NCBI GenBank assembly: GCA_964384365.1
Contig: CAYLKF010000007.1
Coordinates: forward strand, 10,732 to 74,731
DNA length: 64,000 nt
Origin: an uncultured Pseudomonadota bacterium
GTDB lineage: Bacteria; UBA10199; JADFYH01
Reading direction: 5' to 3'
The translations under genes and the position numbers were made by a program. The notes below the pieces were generated by a model. The model did not search any database and was not told the DNA's origin. It saw nothing but the letters and a program-made list of their open reading frames with translations. Within the stretch, counting starts at the first letter, position 1. Every line of letters begins with the position of its first letter. Shown here in pieces: positions 58,186 to 64,000 of this stretch.

Positions 58186-59994
58186 TCAGTTTTTGTTTAA
58201 TGAGAGAGTCGGCGAATAGGTTTGATCGACTTCTTTCCACCACCAATTTCCTGTCTGTTTCTTCTGATCTAAATTTGTAAAATGGTAATCGGCAATCACG
58301 GCTCGAATAAATTGAGGTGGGTGGTCGGGGAAAGGGTTATTTTTTAACAGAGCCAACACATCGGGTGAGCCTTCTAATAATTTAGTTAAGAAAATTCCGA
58401 ACCAAGAGCGTGACTGGTAAGGCCTTAAGGCTTGAAACCACATCTGCCAATCGAGGCGGGGTTGGAAGGGTTCTACAAAACCCGGACGTTGGTTTAGATT
58501 GCCGGGTTTCCATTTAAACTCGTAAGCAAGCCATTGATTCCCATCGTTACTTCCTTCAATTATAATTTCCGAACGTTTGGTCGTCATAACCGCAAATAAG
58601 CCGTAACCATTCACCAAATTAAAAGGGTGGAAAAATTCATAAGTTTTTTGAAGGGGCCAAAATACTTGAGGGTCTTTTCCTATGCGGGTTAGAAAAGGAA
58701 TCCAAGAAATAGAGAAAATAAAAATAGAGAAGGGGATCATTAACTTTTTAGGCCACTTTTTCTGAGCAGAGGGGAGAGATAGCTTTTTGAGAAAACGAAA
58801 CTTTCGAAAAAAAGAATCATCCAACAGAATCACGCAAAGAGTAATCGTAAGTAGATTAAAGAAATTATAATTTCCGGTTAAGAAAATCAGGGTTTGAAAT
58901 CCAATAAGTGTGAAAGCTCCAATTTGGCGAAGTTTACGAGGTGCGAAGATTAAAAAAGGAATTGCGAGTTCGATCACAAACATCAAGGTGCAAGAAAGTT
59001 TTTGAAATGCTGTGGGAAGAAGATTTGCATAGTAACTGATCCAATGCGGAAGAGGCTGGGTTTCATAGTGGTAGGTTAAAGCGCTTAAATTTCTCCAATT
59101 TGGATCTCCGCTTGTAAGTTTTACTAAACCCGAAGAGAGCATTAGGCGAAACAGCAGCCAACGAAGCAAAAAAAGAATATAAGGAGAAGGCGCTAGATTT
59201 TTTCGAAGGAGGATGTCTCGAGAAGCAAAAAAAATCGCTAAGAATCCGGTTTCAAGAAGTAGAGTATCCCACTGATAACCCAAAAAAGTTTGCCCAACAT
59301 AAAAAAGAGAAAGATAAAACAACCAAAGTACAAACAAAATCACCGAAGAGTTGATTCCTAATATTAGAAGTAGGGAGAAGCTTACCCCCAGCCAAGAAAC
59401 CAGTTGAAGGCTTAGATCGCTATTCTCTAACCAAAATAAAGTGGGTACAAACCAATAACGTTCGAGCCCTGTATGTTGAGAGATGATTTTCAGAAAATCT
59501 TGTGCGGGAAGAATCCCTCCGCTCCCAATCAAGCCTTTGATTTGAAGAGCGAGAGAGAGAAACGCAAAGAAGTAAACCAGCCCTAACATTTTAAGAAAAA
59601 TATTTTGAGCGATTTGATAAGTGGAAATTTCTGGAGTTCCCCATAAAGTTTGAGTGACATGAGAAAAAAAAGAGCGATTTTCAGCCACCTTTCGGTAACA
59701 AAGTTCACTCAAAAATCGGAATCCCGGTATTTTTCGGTAAAACCAGAGTGGCCACTTTTTTTCACTGATGTGAAGTGCTTCAAAAAAAGCTTCGGCGCCT
59801 TTTGTATAAGTTCCGTCTGTGCGAATAAGATAAATAGATTGGGTGAAGTTTGGTTCGGGAATTTGAGGGTAAAGATTTGTAACTTCTTGATAGGGTTTAT
59901 AAGCAATGTGATCTTGGGTTAAGTTTATTAAACGAAGAATCCAGTATTTGCAAAAAGAGCAGTTGCCATCATAAACAAGCAGGGGTTTTTCCAT
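58186..59994 (-). CDS. DCC1-like thioredoxin domain fused to lipase maturation factor (LMF1) family protein
   Basis: N-term LVYDGNCSFC; YQWDTLLLETGFL, LLFRLMLSSGLVK, YETQPLP, HPFNLVNGYGLF, PRLDWQMWF. Confidence 0.88.
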   Translation of the reverse strand: MEKPLLVYDGNCSFCKYWILRLINLTQDHIAYKPYQEVTNLYPQIPEPNFTQSIYLIRTDGTYTKGAEAFFEALHISEKKWPLWFYRKIPGFRFLSELCYRKVAENRSFFSHVTQTLWGTPEISTYQIAQNIFLKMLGLVYFFAFLSLALQIKGLIGSGGILPAQDFLKIISQHTGLERYWFVPTLFWLENSDLSLQLVSWLGVSFSLLLILGINSSVILFVLWLFYLSLFYVGQTFLGYQWDTLLLETGFLAIFFASRDILLRKNLAPSPYILFLLRWLLFRLMLSSGLVKLTSGDPNWRNLSALTYHYETQPLPHWISYYANLLPTAFQKLSCTLMFVIELAIPFLIFAPRKLRQIGAFTLIGFQTLIFLTGNYNFFNLLTITLCVILLDDSFFRKFRFLKKLSLPSAQKKWPKKLMIPFSIFIFSISWIPFLTRIGKDPQVFWPLQKTYEFFHPFNLVNGYGLFAVMTTKRSEIIIEGSNDGNQWLAYEFKWKPGNLNQRPGFVEPFQPRLDWQMWFQALRPYQSRSWFGIFLTKLLEGSPDVLALLKNNPFPDHPPQFIRAVIADYHFTNLDQKKQTGNWWWKEVDQTYSPTLSLNKN

Positions 59995-60059
59995 GATTTC
60001 CCTTTAGGAAAGTTTGATTTGTTATAGTATAATCCTACGTGAAAAAGGAGGGAGGGCCT

Positions 60060-60320
60060 ATGAAAAAAATGAGTTTATTTTTTTGGGTTCTTTTTTTAAT
60101 TGGAATTTCGCCTGCGAGAGCCGATTATATTTGGGATGATAAAGCCGCTATTCAGAATGATCAAAAAAATATTCAGCAAGACTCTCAGAAATTAGAAGCA
60201 GATCAGAAAAATAATGCAGGGTCTGCCACGATTCAACAAGATCAAAAACAGTTAGAACAAGATCAGAAACAATTAAAGCAAGATCAGAGGATTTTAAGGG
60301 AAGATAAGCCTCCCATGTGA
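60060..60320 (+). CDS. Small secreted Q/D/K-rich repeat protein
   Basis: SD GGAGG, signal peptide, repeated QQD/xQDQK heptads; GTG 60039 is an alternative start. Confidence 0.7.
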   Translation: MKKMSLFFWVLFLIGISPARADYIWDDKAAIQNDQKNIQQDSQKLEADQKNNAGSATIQQDQKQLEQDQKQLKQDQRILREDKPPM

Positions 60321-60328
60321 GAACTCTC

Positions 60329-60946
60329 ATGAAAATAAAAATCCTTTTTCTTTTATTGCTTTTGAATTTTGTATTGAACTCAGGAGCGTTTGCTATGGGA
60401 GAACAGACACAAGCTGTTCATACTGCCTCAGCCACCTTTGCGGGGGGCTGTTTTTGGTGCATGGAACCCCCTTTTGAAAAATTAAAAGGGGTGATTAAAG
60501 TTATTTCGGGCTATACCGGAGGAAGTAAAGAGAATCCAAGTTATGAAGAAGTGTCTTCCGGCAAAACAGGGCATATCGAGGCCATTCAGATTATTTATGA
60601 TCCAAGCCAATTAAACTACTCTCAGCTTTTAGAAGTTTTTTGGCAAAATGTTGATCCGACCGATGATGGTGGGCAGTTTGTAGATCGGGGTTCTCAATAT
60701 AAAACCGCCATTTTTTATCATAACGAAGAGCAAAAAAATTTAGCAGAAGAATCTAAAAAACAATTAGAAGCTTCGGGCCGCTTTAAAAAGCCTATTGTTA
60801 CCGAGATTCGTGCATTTCAAAAGTTTTATCCGGCCGAAGATTATCACCAGGATTATTACAAAAAGAATACTTTGCATTATAAAATGTATCGCTATGGTTC
60901 TGGGCGCGATCAGTTTTTAGAGAAGAATTGGAAAGGTAATAAGTAA
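60329..60946 (+). CDS. msrA: Exported peptide methionine sulfoxide reductase A
   Basis: Signal peptide; FAGGCFWCME, GHIEA, FYPAEDYHQDYY. Confidence 0.96.
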   Translation: MKIKILFLLLLLNFVLNSGAFAMGEQTQAVHTASATFAGGCFWCMEPPFEKLKGVIKVISGYTGGSKENPSYEEVSSGKTGHIEAIQIIYDPSQLNYSQLLEVFWQNVDPTDDGGQFVDRGSQYKTAIFYHNEEQKNLAEESKKQLEASGRFKKPIVTEIRAFQKFYPAEDYHQDYYKKNTLHYKMYRYGSGRDQFLEKNWKGNK

Positions 60947-60950
60947 CAGA

Positions 60951-61086
60951 GTGACTGGGGAGTGTTTCTGAATGAGAGAAAAAGCACCGAATTTATCGAT
61001 AATTTAATTTAACGAACTTTCTATTTTTCTAAAAGCGCTCCCTTACGGTGCGTTTTTTCGCGAAAGAAGAAATGCTCATCAGTCAC
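60951..61086 (+). repeat. Family-1 structured repeat, copy F (136 bp, opposite orientation to the other five)
   Basis: 19-bp arms GTGACTGGGGAGTGTTTCT/AGAAATGCTCATCAGTCAC (3 G.U on + strand). Inner stem AAAAA-GCACCG/CGGTGC-G-TTTTT. Confidence 0.85.
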
Positions 61087-61097
61087 AAAGGACGATT

Positions 61098-61460
61098 ATG
61101 CCCCTCTTGATTGAAAAACCCACTCAGGTGAAAGCCGTGGGAAATAAACCCAAAATCATTCGCGAATATATTGGACGCGTCAATTCTCAAGATTCGACAA
61201 CCAGTGTTGCCCATATGCAAAGCCCATCCGGTTGGGAAGAACCGGGGCAAACTCCTGAGTTTGACGAGTATACGGTGGTATTAAAAGGCGAGCTTCAAGT
61301 GAAATCAAAAGAGGGAATTTTACAAATCAAAGCGGGCCAGGCTGTGATCGCTCGCAAAGGAGAGTGGGTACAGTACTCTACACCGGGGCCTGAAGGTGCC
61401 GAGTATTTTGCAATTTGTTTACCCGCTTTTTCTCCTGATTTAGTGCATCGAGATCAATAA
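61098..61460 (+). CDS. Cupin-domain protein (EutQ-like)
   Basis: [38 protein letters not shown]. Confidence 0.85.
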   Translation: MPLLIEKPTQVKAVGNKPKIIREYIGRVNSQDSTTSVAHMQSPSGWEEPGQTPEFDEYTVVLKGELQVKSKEGILQIKAGQAVIARKGEWVQYSTPGPEGAEYFAICLPAFSPDLVHRDQ

Positions 61461-61461
61461 A

Positions 61462-61983
61462 ATGAACAAAAATATTTATTTAATCTTTTGTTTGATTGCC
61501 GCAATTGCCTGCGGAAAATCTCCACAGCCTGGTTTTGTTTCGAGTGTTACCAAGCCGAATGAAGAAGCTTTAAGAAAAAAGTTAAGCCCAGAGCAATATG
61601 AAGTCACTCAAAATGCCCAAACCGAAAGGCCTTTTCACAATGCCTATTGGGATAACAAGCGTGAGGGGATTTATGTGGATGTGGTAACGGGAGAAGCTCT
61701 CTTTAGTTCAACGGATAAATTTGATTCGGGCACCGGCTGGCCTAGCTTTACCAAGCCTTTAGTGAGCACAAATATCACCGAGCAAAAAGATGAGAGTTTA
61801 GGGATGAGGCGAGTTGAACTCCGTAGCAAGCAGGGAGATAGTCATTTGGGGCATCTTTTTCAAGATGGCCCAGCCCCCACCGGAATGCGTTATTGTATTA
61901 ACTCGGCTTCGCTCCGATTTATTCCTCGAGAAGATTTGAAAAAAGAAGGGTATGGTCAGTTTGAAAGTTTATTTGAGAAATAG
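61462..61983 (+). CDS. msrB: Lipoprotein peptide methionine sulfoxide reductase B
   Basis: Lipobox AAIAC; [32 protein letters not shown]. Confidence 0.96.
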   Translation: MNKNIYLIFCLIAAIACGKSPQPGFVSSVTKPNEEALRKKLSPEQYEVTQNAQTERPFHNAYWDNKREGIYVDVVTGEALFSSTDKFDSGTGWPSFTKPLVSTNITEQKDESLGMRRVELRSKQGDSHLGHLFQDGPAPTGMRYCINSASLRFIPREDLKKEGYGQFESLFEK

Positions 61984-62013
61984 AAATAGCTTTTTTCTTT
62001 CAAAAATTAATGA

Positions 62014-62850
62014 CTATTTTTTATTTTCTTGGACGCACACGTGGGTAACCGAAGCCCCAAAAAAGAGAATCAGCGACGAATAAAAAATCCAAACCATGAT
62101 GATCACGAGCGAAGCGGCGGTGCCATAGAGGGTGCTGATTCCGCTATGTTGAATGTAGAGCCCTATTAAAGATTTTCCGCAGGCGAATAAAAGGGTAGCG
62201 ATTAAAGCTCCTTTTACTGCTTCTTTCCAAGGCGGTCTTACATCCGGTAAAAATTTGTAAATGAGGGCAAAGGCCGTTCCTATACCCGCAGTAGAAAGCA
62301 AGAGGTTTACCCATTTTAAAACGGCCATCGTCATTGGAAGATAATCTGCGATGAGGGCACCAAAGGTGCTTAAGATGGTGCTTAAAACAAGAGAGACCAA
62401 GAGCACAAAGCAAAAGGCAATAACCATCGCTAAAGAGAGTAAGCGTGTTTTAAAGAATTTTAAGAAATTATTTACTCCTTCTTTGGGTTTGATTTTCCAC
62501 ATGGAGTTCAACGAACTCTTCAGCTGAGCAAAAACAGCGGTTGCTCCTAAAAGGAAAAAGATACCTCCCAAAGTAGTGGCTAGAATATCGTTACCTCCCA
62601 CCGAAGCGCGGTGAATGATATGCTGAATCATACTCGCACTTTCTTTTCCGATTAAATCGCGAATTTGGAGAAAAATTTTTCCCTCTGCGGCCTTGTTTCC
62701 AAAGATGATTCCCGAAATCGCAATCGCTAAGATAAGAGTGGGGGCAATCGAAAAAAGAGTCGCGTAGGCTAGGGCGCCTGCATGTTCAAAAACATTGCTT
62801 TGGTTCCATTGAATATAACTTTTTTTTAGAATTCGCCACATGGCTGCCAT
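62014..62850 (-). CDS. YihY/BrkB family membrane protein
   Basis: AGALAYATLFSIAP, LKSSLNSMW, IYKFLPD, YGTAASL..MVWIFYSS. Confidence 0.9.
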   Translation of the reverse strand: MAAMWRILKKSYIQWNQSNVFEHAGALAYATLFSIAPTLILAIAISGIIFGNKAAEGKIFLQIRDLIGKESASMIQHIIHRASVGGNDILATTLGGIFFLLGATAVFAQLKSSLNSMWKIKPKEGVNNFLKFFKTRLLSLAMVIAFCFVLLVSLVLSTILSTFGALIADYLPMTMAVLKWVNLLLSTAGIGTAFALIYKFLPDVRPPWKEAVKGALIATLLFACGKSLIGLYIQHSGISTLYGTAASLVIIMVWIFYSSLILFFGASVTHVCVQENKK

Positions 62851-62892
62851 TGTGCGGCAATCTTTTCAGATAAAAAAGTATTATTTACAAGA

Positions 62893-64000
62893 TTAGCTCG
62901 CCAAATCGAAGGCGCTTTTTTCTTCTTCTGTTAGCTTTAGATTTTCTTTGAGAATACGACTGTATTCAAAAAAGTGTTTGTGAAGGGCTAAGTGCCACAG
63001 AGCTTCTTTTAAATATTGAGGATTCGTTTTGCGAATTTCATTCACCACATTAAAAAAATAAGCTCTTCGTTCTGAATCTCCAAAGAGATAATGCCGAAGC
63101 AAAATACTTAAGCGTTTCACATTGTAGTAATGATGCTTCAGAGAAAAAGCTTTGTGGTGTTTGGTGGGTATGCGTTGAATGGCGCTCAGAGTGCCGCAGA
63201 GCCGTTTTGCATAATTTTTATACGAGTAAAGTTCGTTCATTAACTCAACATAACCAGCCCGAAGCTCATTTTTGGTCATGTTGAGAGGAATGATATTCGT
63301 ATCGGCCTGATCTTTATATTGATAACCCTCAATCAGGCGTCCACTACTGTGGAGGCGATTCCAAAGAGGTGTGTTGGCAGGGGCATTGAGCATTCCTGTC
63401 ATTGAAATGGGAATATTTGTTTCGTTGATGAAGTCGAGCTGTTGTTTAAACACGTCTTTTTGATCGTGATCGAAGCCCACAATCATGCCCGCCCAAACAA
63501 AGATTCCGTAAGATTGAATGGTTTTAATATCTTCAACAAGATTTCGGCGGGTGTTTTGAACCTTGCCCACTTCTAAAAGATTTTCGGTGCTCGGTGTTTC
63601 AATTCCGATAAACACGCTATGAAAATTGGCCTCGGCCATGAGTTCGAGTAATTCTTTGTCTTGAGCTAAATTGATCGTGACTTGAGTGGAGAGGCGAATG
63701 GGGCGCTTGAACGATTTATTCAATTCAATCACGGTTTTGCAAACATTGCGTGCGTGAGCTTTATTTCCCACAAAATTATCATCTGCAAAAAAGATCGAAT
63801 CACGGCCGACTTTATAGAGATGAGGGAAGAGGGCTTCGAGTTCAACGGCAATTTGATCGGGAGTTTTTTGCCTCACTTTTCGGCCCAAATACACAATCAC
63901 ATCGCAGAACTCACAACTAAAGGGGCAGCCCCGTGTGGTTTGAACGGGAATCCGGCCATAATCTTTAAATTTCAATAAATCCCAACGCGGTGTGGGAGAG
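62893..64000 (-). CDS. B12-binding radical SAM protein (5' end outside window)
   Basis: Frame stays open to the edge (SPTPRWDLLKFKDY); CxxxCxxC in RGCPFSCEFC; FADDNF, FIGIET, GMIVGFD. Confidence 0.9.
   Translation of the reverse strand, partial: SPTPRWDLLKFKDYGRIPVQTTRGCPFSCEFCDVIVYLGRKVRQKTPDQIAVELEALFPHLYKVGRDSIFFADDNFVGNKAHARNVCKTVIELNKSFKRPIRLSTQVTINLAQDKELLELMAEANFHSVFIGIETPSTENLLEVGKVQNTRRNLVEDIKTIQSYGIFVWAGMIVGFDHDQKDVFKQQLDFINETNIPISMTGMLNAPANTPLWNRLHSSGRLIEGYQYKDQADTNIIPLNMTKNELRAGYVELMNELYSYKNYAKRLCGTLSAIQRIPTKHHKAFSLKHHYYNVKRLSILLRHYLFGDSERRAYFFNVVNEIRKTNPQYLKEALWHLALHKHFFEYSRILKENLKLTEEEKSAFDLAS

Noticed and set aside
2364-61086. CRISPR array or MITE interpretation of the repeats
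   Set aside because: Copies are dispersed, not regularly spaced; no cas genes; terminal arms differ between copies and no consistent TSD is visible.
843-63978. Numerous 60-170 aa ORFs antisense to or overlapping confident genes (e.g. 843-1301, 1970-2473, 9855-10250, 14642-14929, 18981-19277, 48542-48886)
   Set aside because: Shadow ORFs of well-supported genes, with no motifs or SD.

Overview
Bacterial chromosomal window that is mostly housekeeping and gene-dense. The gene orders ispE-spoVG-tRNA-Gln-prs-rplY-pth-rpsF-rpsR-DUF2232-rplI-dnaB, cinA-recA-alaS and bamD/DUF1844/degP suggest a deltaproteobacterial-type lineage (inference). Contents: aquaporin-arsC pair, a Zn-type metal uptake operon, gyrA, HU, a second His-rich outer-membrane metal-uptake-like operon, recA/alaS, vapBC, a GldAFG-like ABC module, a porin plus sulfate ABC operon, clpB, two tRNAs and an Msr/LMF1 redox cluster. 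No CRISPR, rRNA, transposase or integrase is visible. The most interesting signals are non-coding or very small. (1) Six copies of an unrecognised 131-148 nt hairpin element show compensatory base changes and G.U pairs biased to the mRNA strand. All six are co-oriented with the upstream gene and start within about 25 nt of its stop codon. (2) An unannotated 28-aa leader peptide with 5 Cys codons and mutually exclusive 1:2/2:3/3:4 pairings lies upstream of the sulfate-uptake operon, resembling a cysteine attenuator. (3) Two membrane-anchored upstream ORFs ending in RGPP or KPPR head the two metal-uptake operons and are candidate ribosome-arrest sensors. Several other palindromic repeat families and a 53-bp duplication of the tRNA-Pro 3' end are also present. 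All calls are by eye from sequence and motif recall; no database searches were run.
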